DNA from: an uncultured Thermoleophilia bacterium
GTDB lineage: Bacteria; Actinomycetota; Thermoleophilia; UBA2241
Direction: 5' to 3'
Assembly: GCA_963707855.1 (NCBI GenBank)
Contig: CAVPRQ010000009.1
Span: forward strand, 276,158-340,157
Length of the DNA: 64,000 nt
Shown piece by piece: positions 47,524 through 56,020 of this stretch. The notes beneath the pieces were generated by a model. That model was given only the letters and a program-made list of their open reading frames with translations, was not told the DNA's origin and ran no database searches. The position numbers and the translations under genes are program-made. Within the stretch, counting starts at the first letter, position 1, and every line of letters begins with the position of its first letter.

Positions 47524-48456
47524 ATGGAAGAGACTCTTGCACCGAGCGACACCGTCATCGAGGTCCGGGACCTGCGCAAGGTCTACGGTCACCACGTCGT
47601 GGCGGTCGACGGCATCTCGTTCGACGTGCGAAGGGGCGAGATCTTCGGCCTGCTCGGGTCGAACGGCGCCGGCAAGACGACGACGGTCGAGTGCGTGCAG
47701 GGGCTGCGGACGCCGACGTCGGGCACTGTGCGCGTGCTCGGCCAGGACCCCCGGTACCACCTGGGGAGCCTGCGCGGCCGAATCGGCTGCCAGCTGCAGG
47801 AGTCCCGTCTCCCCGACCACATCAAGGTGTGGGAGGCGCTCGACCTGTTCGCCGACCTCACGCCGGGGGCGGGGGACTGGCGCGTGCTGCTGGAGCAGTG
47901 GGGGCTCGCGGAGAAACGGGACTCGTCCTTCGTGAGCCTGTCCGGGGGCCAGCGCCAGCGTCTGTTCATCGCGCTGGCCCTGGTGAGCGACCCCGAGGTC
48001 GTCTTTGTCGATGAGATGACGACCGGCCTGGACCCGGCTGCCCGCCGCGTGGCCTGGGACCTCATCGAACGCATCCGCGACCGCGGCGCGACCGTCGTCC
48101 TCGTGACGCACTTCATGGACGAGGCGGAGCGGCTCTGCGACCGCGTCGCCGTGGTGGACAAGGGGAAGATCATCGCGCTCGACACGCCGCGCGGCCTCGT
48201 CGTGCGCTACGACCCGCTCGAGCAGGTGGTCTTCACCTGCGAGGAGTGTGCCCTCGACTGGCTCGAGCGGGTCCCCGGCGCGCGCAGCGTCACGCGCCGG
48301 GGACCACGCGTCGTGGTCGAGGGCACCGGCCCCCTGCTCGCGCACGTCGCGGCCGCTCTGGTCGAGCGGGGCTACGCCCCTGACGACCTCCGCGTCATTG
48401 AGCCCTCGCTCGAAGATGTCTTCCTCAAGCTGACCGGCCACTTCGTGGAGGACTGA
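47524..48456 (+). CDS. ABC transporter ATP-binding protein (ABC-2/DrrA-like)
   Basis: This is the inner ATG at 47524 of ORF 47407..48456. Motifs: MEETLAPSDTVIEVRDLRKVYG, GLLGSNGAGKTTT, LSGGQRQRLFIALAL, and VFVDEMTTGLD. Confidence 0.9.
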   Translation: MEETLAPSDTVIEVRDLRKVYGHHVVAVDGISFDVRRGEIFGLLGSNGAGKTTTVECVQGLRTPTSGTVRVLGQDPRYHLGSLRGRIGCQLQESRLPDHIKVWEALDLFADLTPGAGDWRVLLEQWGLAEKRDSSFVSLSGGQRQRLFIALALVSDPEVVFVDEMTTGLDPAARRVAWDLIERIRDRGATVVLVTHFMDEAERLCDRVAVVDKGKIIALDTPRGLVVRYDPLEQVVFTCEECALDWLERVPGARSVTRRGPRVVVEGTGPLLAHVAAALVERGYAPDDLRVIEPSLEDVFLKLTGHFVED

Positions 48457-48459
48457 CCG

Positions 48460-49209
48460 GTGGGTGCGCTCCTCAAGCTGACTTGGATCGAGCTCAAGCT
48501 CTTCCTGCGTGAGCCGACGACCATCGTCTTCACCTTCGCCTTCCCTGTCGTGCTGCTCTTCGTGCTGGCCGAGATCTTCGGCTCGCAGCCCGAGAAGACG
48601 GCGGAGCGTGTCTTCGGCGGGTGGGGTGCGATGAACTACTACGTCCCAGCCTACTTCGGCGTCGTGGCGATGTCGGTCGGCCTCATCATGCTGCCGACCC
48701 GGCTGACCGCGTACCGAACTGGCGGCGTGCTGCGACGCTTCCGTGCCTCACTCGTGCCGATCTGGGCGGTGCTGGGCTCGCAGGTGCTCGCGGCGCTCGT
48801 GCTCGGAGGGGTCGGCGCCCTGCTCGTCTGGGTCGTGGCCGACTTCGCCTACGAGGTGCGAGTGCCGGTCTCGGCGGGGCAGGTGGTGCTCGGCTTCGTT
48901 CTTGCCTCGTTCGCGTTCGCCGCGATCGGCGCCCTGCTCGGCGCGGTGCTGCCTTCGACGCGCGCCGCCCAGGGCGCGGGCCTGATGCTCTTCTTCGTGA
49001 TGCTCTTTCTCTCAGGGGCCGGACCGCCGACCGAGGTGATGAGCGACCGCATGCGGCGCATCGGCGACTTCTTGCCGCTGACGTATGCGATCGACGTCAT
49101 GCAGCACGGCTGGAACGGCGCCGGCTGGGATGTCGAGGGGTTCATCGTGCTCGCCGCGATCACCGTCGTGGCCGGCTGGGCGGCTTTGCGCGTGTACCGC
49201 TGGGGCTGA
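48460..49209 (+). CDS. ABC-2 type transporter permease
   Basis: Intact 249-aa ORF with six TM helices, directly downstream of the ATPase. Confidence 0.85.
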   Translation: MGALLKLTWIELKLFLREPTTIVFTFAFPVVLLFVLAEIFGSQPEKTAERVFGGWGAMNYYVPAYFGVVAMSVGLIMLPTRLTAYRTGGVLRRFRASLVPIWAVLGSQVLAALVLGGVGALLVWVVADFAYEVRVPVSAGQVVLGFVLASFAFAAIGALLGAVLPSTRAAQGAGLMLFFVMLFLSGAGPPTEVMSDRMRRIGDFLPLTYAIDVMQHGWNGAGWDVEGFIVLAAITVVAGWAALRVYRWG

Positions 49210-49246
49210 TCGCGATCCGGCGCGCCGCGCGAGGCGCACGCGCCGC

Positions 49247-49879
49247 TCAGAACTGCGCGAACACCGCGTCGACGCGGCTGCGCACGATGCGCTGCAGCTT
49301 GTTCAGCCCCGCCTCGCCGTAGAGCCACACCTGGCCGACCGGGTCGGGGGCCGCGAGGGCGCTGCCGCCCTCGACGGCGTAGACGGCGACGGGCAGCGCC
49401 ACGGCGGCCGGCATCGCCGGGTCGATCTGGAACGCCTTGGCGGCGGCGGCGGGCACCCCGACGATCAGGAGAGTGTAGTCGGCGGGGAGGCGCGCGCTGA
49501 TGCTCGCGCCGTCGATCTCGGCGAACACCTCGAGGTCGTTCTGCTCGAGCAGCTCCTTGAGGCGCGCCACGGCTGCGCGCGGGGTGAGCGACGACGTCGC
49601 CGCGCTGCGGTAGCGGCCTGAGGCGACGTGATCGGGCGCGTCCTCGGGCGCCGGGAAGGTGGCGCGCAGGTACTCGATGATCTCGTCGGAGCCTGCGACG
49701 ACGTGGTCGCCGTCCTCCAGCACCGGCACCGCCGCGTGATCGGTGAGGGCGATGAGCTCGGCGCGCTCTTCGCGACGGGCCGGGACGTTGACGGTCGTGT
49801 AGCTGAGGCCGAGCTCGGTCATGACCTGGCGCACGTGGTGGCAGAAGGGGCACCACTCGACTTGATGAAGGGTCAGCAC
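49247..49879 (-). CDS. Glutaredoxin/GST-N-like domain fused to a DUF302 domain
   Basis: Intact 210-aa ORF. The N-terminus is LTLHQVEWCPFCHHVRQVMTELGLSY...VPVLEDG (CPFC redox motif). The C-terminus is EIDGASISARLPADYTLLIVGVPAAAAKAFQIDPAMPAAVALPVAVYA (DUF302-like). Confidence 0.7.
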   Translation of the reverse strand: MLTLHQVEWCPFCHHVRQVMTELGLSYTTVNVPARREERAELIALTDHAAVPVLEDGDHVVAGSDEIIEYLRATFPAPEDAPDHVASGRYRSAATSSLTPRAAVARLKELLEQNDLEVFAEIDGASISARLPADYTLLIVGVPAAAAKAFQIDPAMPAAVALPVAVYAVEGGSALAAPDPVGQVWLYGEAGLNKLQRIVRSRVDAVFAQF

Positions 49880-50150
49880 TGGACGACCTCCGGCGTCGTG
49901 TTGCGCGCCTCATCGGCGCGGGCCGAGTGTCGCATCGCGGGCCGCGGCGGGCAAGCGGCGCGGAATGCCGCCGAACGAGAGTGCTGTCGAGGCCGAGGAC
50001 TGGCGGCTGATCGCCTCCGACGACGTCACCGCGGCATGATCTCCAGGCGAGGCCCCGCGGCCTTCATCGAGGCCAGGTCGGTCGATCCGGTCTTCGTCAC
50101 CGGCGTCTGCCTCTTCATGGTGGCCGACGGCGCCGAGCCTGAAACTCGCC

Positions 50151-50175
50151 GCGCCTCGAAGCGCCTCGAAGCGCC
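50151..50175 (+). repeat. Perfect tandem repeat, 10 bp x 2.5
   Basis: GCGCCTCGAA GCGCCTCGAA GCGCC lies inside the 334-bp gene-free interval 49880-50213. Confidence 0.85.
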
Positions 50176-50213
50176 GATGTCTGCGGTCCGCGGCGCGGTG
50201 GTACAAGGTCGTC

Positions 50214-50825
50214 ATGTCCACCTACGTCGCATTGCTGAGAGCCGTCAACGTCGGCGGCCACGCGCCGCTTGCCATGGCGGAGCTGCGCCGAAGCCTCGTG
50301 GGTCTGGGCCTGCGCGACGTGCGGACCTACCTGCAGAGCGGCAACGTCGTGTTCGACGCCGATGACGCGCCGCCGCCAGATGTCGCCGCCGCGATCGAGG
50401 TCCGCATTGAACGCGACTTCGGACCGCGCGTCGGCGTGCGCGTGCTGCGCGCCGCGGAGATGACCCGGATCGTCGCGGCGAACCCGTTCGCCGCCGAGCC
50501 CGGCGTCGACGAGAAGGCGCTGCACACGACCTTCGTGATCTCGGCGGCCTCGGAGGGCGACTTCGGGCCGGCGTCCGAGGAGGCCTTCGCCGCCGTCTAC
50601 CAGGCGGGCTTCGAGAAGCTCGGGCTGCCCGCCGCCGAGGGCGAGCGGGCGGCGTTCGTCGGAACGCCGGTCCTCGCCACTCCCGTCGTCTACCTGCACC
50701 TGCCGCACGGCTACGGTCGCACGAAGCTGAACAACGCCTACTTCGAGCGCGCCCTCGGCGCCGCCGCCACGACGCGGAACTGGCGGACGGTCCGGACGCT
50801 GGCCGATCTCGCGGCCGGTCAGTGA
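50214..50825 (+). CDS. DUF1697 family protein
   Basis: Intact 203-aa ORF. The typical N-terminus is MSTYVALLRAVNVGGHAPLAMAELRRSLVGLGLRDVRTYLQSGNVVF. Confidence 0.8.
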   Translation: MSTYVALLRAVNVGGHAPLAMAELRRSLVGLGLRDVRTYLQSGNVVFDADDAPPPDVAAAIEVRIERDFGPRVGVRVLRAAEMTRIVAANPFAAEPGVDEKALHTTFVISAASEGDFGPASEEAFAAVYQAGFEKLGLPAAEGERAAFVGTPVLATPVVYLHLPHGYGRTKLNNAYFERALGAAATTRNWRTVRTLADLAAGQ

Positions 50826-51196
50826 CGGAGGCTGTTGTAGACGTAGCCGCCCACGAACGAGCCCCACAGGGTCACGAGCAGCCAGAACGAGCTGTCTCCC
50901 TCGTTGCCCTCGGTGGCGAACTGCAGCGCCCAGTAGACCTGCACGGCGACGGCCATGACCACGAACGAGAAGCGCGACGCGTTGCCTACGAGGAAGGTCT
51001 GGCGTTCGTCCTGGGCCTCGTCGATCCTGCGGCCGCGCCACGCCATCCACGCGGACGCGATGCCGCTCACGACGAGCAGCACGACGGCGCCGCCGAGCAG
51101 CCGCGAGGCGTACTCGCCGTCGGAGAACAGGCCGACGGCGAGGTACGGCAGCGCCAGCACGGCGGCGATGAGCATGGTTGTACGAGCGGTGCGCAT
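50819..51196 (-). CDS. Small integral membrane protein partnered with the XRE regulator
   Basis: This is the inner ATG at 51196 of ORF 50819..51331. MRTARTTMLIAAVLALPYLAVGLF... has four predicted TM helices. Its start lies 1 nt after the regulator stop. Confidence 0.6.
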   Translation of the reverse strand: MRTARTTMLIAAVLALPYLAVGLFSDGEYASRLLGGAVVLLVVSGIASAWMAWRGRRIDEAQDERQTFLVGNASRFSFVVMAVAVQVYWALQFATEGNEGDSSFWLLVTLWGSFVGGYVYNSLRH

Positions 51197-51197
51197 G

Positions 51198-51410
51198 TCA
51201 GTCTCCCTCCTCGAACATGAACAGGTCCTCGATGCGGACCCCGAGCGCTCGCGAGAGTCGCCACGCGAGTTCCAGCGATGGGTTGTAGCGGCCGGTCTCG
51301 ATGGAGATGATCGTCTGCCGGCTGACCGCAACGCGGCGGGCCAGGTCCTCCTGGCGCATGCCCGCCGCCGTCCTCAGCTCCTTGACTCTGTTGTCCACGG
51401 CGCCTCCCAT
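51198..51410 (-). CDS. XRE-family HTH transcriptional regulator (short, YozG-like)
   Basis: This is the inner ATG at 51410 of ORF 51198..51536. The sequence is [64 protein letters not shown]. Confidence 0.85.
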   Translation of the reverse strand: MGGAVDNRVKELRTAAGMRQEDLARRVAVSRQTIISIETGRYNPSLELAWRLSRALGVRIEDLFMFEEGD

Positions 51411-51472
51411 GTAAAGCGTGCTTGACACGATGATAGGACGCTTACGGAAGCATGTCAAGTGACCTTTACATG
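51408..51472 (-). promoter_or_regulatory. Promoter plus long inverted repeat (probable autoregulatory operator) of the XRE operon
   Basis: The arms are CATGTAAAGCGTGCTTGACA (51408-51427) and TGTCAAGTGACCTTTACATG (51453-51472), with 15 of 20 positions complementary. The minus strand reads TTGACA (51458-51453), a 17-nt spacer, then TATCAT (51435-51430). Confidence 0.5.
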
Positions 51473-51613
51473 GGAAGAGGGAATGCGCACCGCGCGAACG
51501 AACCGCGGGCGCAAACCGAGGGCCGCGCGGGTACACACGACCTACATCGACCGTTCGAGGACGGCTGTGCCGAGCGCAGGCCGGGCCTCTCTCATCTCAG
51601 AGGAGACATCGCG

Positions 51614-52045
51614 ATGCGATTAATGATCCTGGTGAAGTCAGATGAACGGACCGAGGCGGGCGACCTCGGTGAAGAGCGCGACTACGTCGAGATGAACAAG
51701 TTCAACGAGGAGCTGGTGAAGGCCGGCGTGATGCTCGCCGGAGAGGGGCTCCACCCGAGCTCGAAGGGCGTGCGCGTCCGGTTCGAGGGCGAGAAGCGGA
51801 CCGTGACCGACGGGCCGTTCGCCGGCGAGCCTACAGATCTCGTCGCCGGCTTCTGGTTGTGGCGGGTCGGTTCGTTACAGGAGGCGATCGACTGGCTCAA
51901 GCGCGCTCCCTTCGACGGCGGTGCTGAAGTCGAGATCCGTCAGGTGATGGAGACCGAGGACTTCGGAGACGCGCTCACTCCCGAACTGCGCGAGCAGGAA
52001 GAGCGCCTGCGCGCGCAGGGCGACGAGCTCAGGAAGACATCGTAG
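51614..52045 (+). CDS. YCII-related (DGPF) domain protein
   Basis: This is the inner ATG at 51614 of ORF 51452..52045, with AGGAGA upstream. The sequence is MRLMILVKSDERTEAG...FNEELVKAGVMLAGEGLHPSSKGVRVRF...TVTDGPFAGEPTDLVAGFWLW. Confidence 0.8.
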   Translation: MRLMILVKSDERTEAGDLGEERDYVEMNKFNEELVKAGVMLAGEGLHPSSKGVRVRFEGEKRTVTDGPFAGEPTDLVAGFWLWRVGSLQEAIDWLKRAPFDGGAEVEIRQVMETEDFGDALTPELREQEERLRAQGDELRKTS

Positions 52046-52065
52046 CCGCAGGTCTCGTCGCCGCT

Positions 52066-52102
52066 GTCCGGCCGCTCGTCGCTAGCGGACGAGCGGCCGG
52101 AC
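52066..52102. terminator. Bidirectional terminator hairpin (15-bp perfect stem)
   Basis: GTCCGGCCGCTCGTC-GCTAGCG-GACGAGCGGCCGGAC lies between the convergent YCII and GyrI-like genes. The 3' arm overlaps the last codons of the minus-strand gene. Confidence 0.65.
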
Positions 52103-52546
52103 AAGCTCCGTGCTCCAGGTGGCCGGGTCGGGGCCGGACTCGGGGCCGGTGACGTAGCACTCCCAGAGATCGTCGGCGGGTGTGAGGCCCTCGGCGTCGA
52201 TCCAGGCCATGAGCTCGCCCCAGCCGTCACCGAGTCCCTCGTAGCCGCCGTGATAGACCGTGCGGGCCACCGTCGTGGCCGGCAGCTCGCCCGGCTCGAC
52301 TCGGCCGGCGCCGGAGATCGGCGTCGCGACGGGCACGCCGATCTCGAAGTCGAAGATCTCGGGGTCCATCCGCAGGTGGTGCGAGAACCACGGTCCGGTG
52401 AGGGCGACGCCCTGGGCGGCGACAGCGGCCATCAGCTCGGCGTGACCCGGGCCCATGACAGCCTGAATCTCGGCGCGCGGGATGGTGAATCTGATCACCG
52501 CGGTGTGCCGCGCGGTGCTCTGTGTGACCTGTGGTGTGTCGATCAT
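52082..52546 (-). CDS. GyrI-like small-molecule-binding domain protein
   Basis: This is the inner ATG at 52546 (AAGGAG 8 nt upstream) of ORF 52082..52585. The sequence is MIDTPQVTQSTARHTAVIRFTIPRAEIQAVMGPGHAELMAAVAAQGV...GPWFSHH...YHGGYEGLGDGWGELMAWI. Confidence 0.8.
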   Translation of the reverse strand: MIDTPQVTQSTARHTAVIRFTIPRAEIQAVMGPGHAELMAAVAAQGVALTGPWFSHHLRMDPEIFDFEIGVPVATPISGAGRVEPGELPATTVARTVYHGGYEGLGDGWGELMAWIDAEGLTPADDLWECYVTGPESGPDPATWSTELVRPLVR

Positions 52547-52689
52547 TGGATTCTCCTTGAAGACAACCGGAATAGTTCCGCACAACGACCGCGACTACTC
52601 CACCAGATTCGACCCAGAGGGATCCTCGAAGGTCTGAGCGGGCCGCGATTTGGGAATCGCATGAGGGCAACGAGGCAAAGGAGACGACA

Positions 52690-53091
52690 ATGGACAACAC
52701 CATCGTTTGGGCCGACATCCCGGTCACCGACCTTGACCGTGCGATGAAGTTCTACGGCGCCGTCCTTCAGACGAAGTTCGCGCCGGCCGAGGGCATGGAT
52801 GGGATAGCGCTCGAGGTCCCGCCCGAGGACTTCGACCCCTCGAGCATGAAGCCCCCGTTCCCGGTCGCCTTCGACCTGGCGGTCGTGAAAGACCGCAAGC
52901 CCAGCGCCGACGGCTGCACCATCTACCTGAACAGCCACGGAGATCCCGAGGGGATGCTCCAGCGCGCCGCCGACGCGGGCGGCAAGATCCTGATGCCGGT
53001 CACCGACATGGGCGAGATGGTCGGCAGTCTCGGCTTCTTCATGGATTCAGAGGGCAATCGCATAGGCGTCCACAAGCCGCCGCGGATGTAG
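52690..53091 (+). CDS. VOC (glyoxalase/bleomycin resistance) family protein
   Basis: Intact 133-aa ORF. The sequence is IVWADIPVTDLDRAMKFYGAVL...GFFMDSEGNRIGVH. Confidence 0.8.
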   Translation: MDNTIVWADIPVTDLDRAMKFYGAVLQTKFAPAEGMDGIALEVPPEDFDPSSMKPPFPVAFDLAVVKDRKPSADGCTIYLNSHGDPEGMLQRAADAGGKILMPVTDMGEMVGSLGFFMDSEGNRIGVHKPPRM

Positions 53092-53123
53092 TCTGACCGG
53101 TCCGACGAACGGGAGTACCGAGG

Positions 53124-53162
53124 GGCGGGGCGTGCATGGCACGCCCCGCCATGCTCTCTTCT
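53124..53162 (+). terminator. Rho-independent terminator (12-bp perfect GC stem)
   Basis: GGCGGGGCGTGC-ATG-GCACGCCCCGCC is followed by ATGCTCTCTTCT, 30 nt after the VOC stop. Confidence 0.75.
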
Positions 53163-53260
53163 ACGCCCTCTCGGAGTAGGCGGCAGGGTGCCGACCTGAG
53201 GGGAAGTCAGTGGCCGGGTTGTTCCCCCCCTCGCTCGCTGATGCGTAGAATGCAGGCGTC

Positions 53261-53789
53261 ATGGATGCCCTGCGCGATCGAGCCCCGGCCGTTCCCACGA
53301 GCGTCTGCGTGGGGGTCCTTGCCACGCTGACCATGGACGTCGCGTTCGTCGCCGCGAGCCGGCTCGGCGGCGCCGGCTTCACTTCAGACCAGAGTCGGGC
53401 CTGAGCTGGTGGGCCGCTGGGCGGTCGGCCTCGCACGCGGGCAGCTGAGGCACGCCGACATCGAGTCGGAGGAGCCTGTTCGTGGCGAGGTGGCCGTGGG
53501 GCTCGCGGTCCACTACTTTACGGGGGTCGCGCTGACGCAGGCCTACTACTGGATGCTGCCTCGCCGCAGCCGGAGCTCAGGCGGTGTGGCCGCGGCGTCG
53601 GCGTACGGTGCCGCCACGGCTCTGTTGCCGCTGGTCGTCATGTACCCGTCGTGGGGCATCGGCTTGTTCGGTCTGCGCAGCGGCGAGGCTGCGCGGCTGG
53701 CGCGGATCATGCTGTTCGGCCACACCGTCTTCGGCGCCGGCATCGGGCTGTGGACGGCGCTGCTGCGCGAGCGTTCAGCGCCGTCCTGA
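53261..53789 (+). CDS. DUF2938 family membrane protein; break near 53395
   Basis: From ATG 53261 the N-terminus is MDALRDRAPAVPTSVCVGVLATLTMDVAFVAASRLGG. After a shift it continues as ORF 53409..53789 (GRWAVGLARGQLRHADIE...GLAVHYFTGVALTQAYY...FGHTVFGAGIGLW). TAGAAT at 53246-53251 lies 9 nt upstream of the ATG, so the transcript may be leaderless. Confidence 0.6.
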
Positions 53790-53819
53790 CGCGTCGCCCC
53801 GCACCGCCCGACCGCGCCT

Positions 53820-54299
53820 TCACCACACGAACGGCACGAAGCTGGCCCGCACGCTGCTCTTGTACTCCTCGTACTCCGGGTGCTTCTCGACGAGCCAGGC
53901 CTCCTCGCGTCGCCGCTTGGCGTCGAGGAACACGCCCGCGATCGCCCAGGGCACCAGCGCCAGCGGCGACGAGACCAGCGACCACGCGAGCGCCATCAGG
54001 AGGACTCCGCCGTAGATGGGGTGACGGACGAGCCCGTACACGCCGCCTCGCTTGATGCCGCCGTGCTCGACCGGCTTGGGGAAGGGCGTGAGCTGCCGCC
54101 CGAGGCCGGCGGCCCCGCCGAGGAAGAGATACAGGCCGGCCAGGGCGAGAAGGCCCGCCGCGACGGCCAGCCAGGTGCGCACGCTCGACGGCCACGCCGG
54201 CCCCACGAGGCCCGCCGCGACGATCACGGCGAGCAGGACGATCTGGAGGGCGACCCACCCTTCACCGCGGCGACCGAGCTGGGGCAGACTGCGCGCCAT
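53820..54299 (-). CDS. Isoprenylcysteine carboxyl methyltransferase (ICMT/PEMT) family membrane protein
   Basis: This is the inner ATG at 54299 of ORF 53820..54554. The sequence is GGIKRGGVYGLVRHPIYGGVLLMALAWSLV...FLDAKRRREEAWLVEKHPEYEEY. Confidence 0.8.
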   Translation of the reverse strand: MARSLPQLGRRGEGWVALQIVLLAVIVAAGLVGPAWPSSVRTWLAVAAGLLALAGLYLFLGGAAGLGRQLTPFPKPVEHGGIKRGGVYGLVRHPIYGGVLLMALAWSLVSSPLALVPWAIAGVFLDAKRRREEAWLVEKHPEYEEYKSSVRASFVPFVW

Positions 54300-54658
54300 C
54301 ACACTCCCCTTGCGTCGGCTGTGTGCGTGTCTTCGCCATTGTGGCGCTCCCCGTGGCGGAACGCAGCATCCGCGAGGATCGCGAGACCGACGAACACGGC
54401 GAGCGACGACCACACGAACGCGTCGCTCGCCCACCCCTGGGTATCGGCCAGCAGCGTCACCCCGACGGCCATGCAGACGACGCCGCCCAGCGTCATGCGC
54501 CGCGCGGTCGCCATCTCGGCCAGCGGCCAGGCGATGACCACGAGGGGCCACCACTGACCGATCGTCAGGCTCGAGTCGACGACCGCCGCAGCGTCCAGGA
54601 TCCCACAGACGCCGACCGCCAGCAGGGCGGCGGCGATCACAAGGCTGCTCGGCTTCAT
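54299..54658 (-). CDS. Small integral membrane protein (hypothetical)
   Basis: Intact 119-aa ORF with 3-4 TM helices (MKPSSLVIAAALLAVGVCGILDAAAVV...), located between arsR and the ICMT-like gene. Its stop overlaps the next start (TGATG). Confidence 0.55.
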   Translation of the reverse strand: MKPSSLVIAAALLAVGVCGILDAAAVVDSSLTIGQWWPLVVIAWPLAEMATARRMTLGGVVCMAVGVTLLADTQGWASDAFVWSSLAVFVGLAILADAAFRHGERHNGEDTHTADARGV

Positions 54659-54722
54659 TCTGATTCTCCCTTCGAGACTTCGATGACTATCGAACTACAT
54701 AGCGAAAAAAAGGGGGCAGGTC

Positions 54723-55025
54723 TCAGCTCGCGGCACCAGCTCCCTTCGCGAACCGCTCGAGCTCGCGGAGGACCTCGGGATCGACCCAGCAGTAGAGGCG
54801 CTGTCCGCGCTTCTCGCAGGTGATGAGTCCCGAGTTCCTGAGCTCCTTCACGTGATGCGACACGGTCGACAGCGACAGGTGAAAACGCTCGGCGATCTGG
54901 GAGAGGCTGTCGCTCGCCTCCTCCTCCGAACAGCCGTCCGGGTTCCCGCAGTCGCGCACCAGCTCGAAGATGGCGAAGCGCGTGGGATCGCCCAGGGCCT
55001 TGAAGATCTTGGAAAGGTCTTGCAC
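54723..55025 (-). CDS. ArsR/SmtB-family metalloregulator
   Basis: Intact 100-aa ORF. The sequence is FKALGDPTRFAIFELVRDCG...SLSQIAERFHLSLSTVSHHVKELRNSGLITCEKRGQ. Confidence 0.9.
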   Translation of the reverse strand: MQDLSKIFKALGDPTRFAIFELVRDCGNPDGCSEEEASDSLSQIAERFHLSLSTVSHHVKELRNSGLITCEKRGQRLYCWVDPEVLRELERFAKGAGAAS

Positions 55026-55052
55026 TCGTCGGCTCCCCTTTCTGGGCCGTCA

Positions 55053-55129
55053 GATACTTTGATGGTCGTCGAAGTATCGAAGTATAACGACAGACGCCAA
55101 GATGTCAACACCGCGGGGTGTCAACACCG
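55053..55129 (-). promoter_or_regulatory. arsR promoter with nested repeats (candidate operators)
   Basis: The minus strand reads TTGACA (55108-55103), a 16-nt spacer, then TATACT (55086-55081). GAAGTAT is repeated in tandem at 55071-55086, with an inverted copy GATACTT at 55053-55059. An 11-bp direct repeat TGTCAACACCG sits at 55103-55113 and 55119-55129. Confidence 0.55.
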
Positions 55130-55186
55130 AAGGGGAAGCGGTGCGGAGACGCCGGCGTCAGCCCGCCGGCGCCGACGCGCGCCGGT

Positions 55187-55770
55187 TCAGAGGCGCCGGC
55201 GCGCCAGCGGGAAGAACCGCACGCTCAGTCCCGTGGCGGTCTTCTCGACCATGGCCACCGTGGGCCCGTCGTCCTCTTCCTCAGGAGAGCTGGCCGTGCC
55301 GGGGCTGAGGTGCAGCACGCCATCGATCCAGGTCGCCGACGGGACGTGCTCGTGGCCCCAGACGACGAGGTCGAAGTCGGCGAGGGAGTGCTTGCCGCGC
55401 ACGATGCGCTTGAGCAGCCGCTTGGGCTTGTGGCCCACGAGGAAGCGCACGCCGTCGACCTCGCCCTTGACCTCGCGCGGCAGGTCGCCTATGACCTTTG
55501 GGTCGTCGAGGTTACCCGCCACCGCGGTGACGGGAGCGACCGCCTCGAGCGCGCGCAGGATCGCGGGGTCCATGACGTCGCCGGCGTGGATGATGTGGGT
55601 CACGCCGGCGAACAGCTCGAGCACGTGGGGGTCGAGATAGCCGTGCGTGTCTGAGAGCACGCCGATGCGGGCGGGCTGAGCGGGCTCGCCGGCGCATCCG
55701 GCTTCGTCGGCTTCACTGGCTGAGCCTGTCGAGCGGGTGCGCGCTTCTTCGGCGCGGACTTCTTCACCAT
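55187..55770 (-). CDS. YfcE/MJ0936-family metallophosphoesterase; break near 55690
   Basis: Start is ATG at 55770 (MVKKSAPKKRAPARQAQPVKPTKPD, basic N-terminus, in the 55600..55809 frame). The core lies in the 55187 frame: IGVLSDTHGYLDPHVLELFAGVTHIIHAGDV...VAGNLDD...VVWGHEH. Confidence 0.75.
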
Positions 55771-56020
55771 GACCGATCCTCCGCCGTCGCTGGGACGCAC
55801 ATCGTACACCCGTGGAGTCGGCGGGCGGCGCTCGCGCGGGCGGGGTGTTGCCCAAGCTGGCGACGCGCGGCGGCGGCTTGGGCGAGACGCTGCTCGCGGT
55901 GTAAGAGAGTCCGCGGCCGCACTCCGGCGTCCGGCAACGGGAGGAGAGGGAGCGCGTTCTGAGCTCTCGGGGTACCTCTGTGCTTGAGGAGCCAGCGAAT
56001 GTCGCTCTCAGGAGGCTGGC

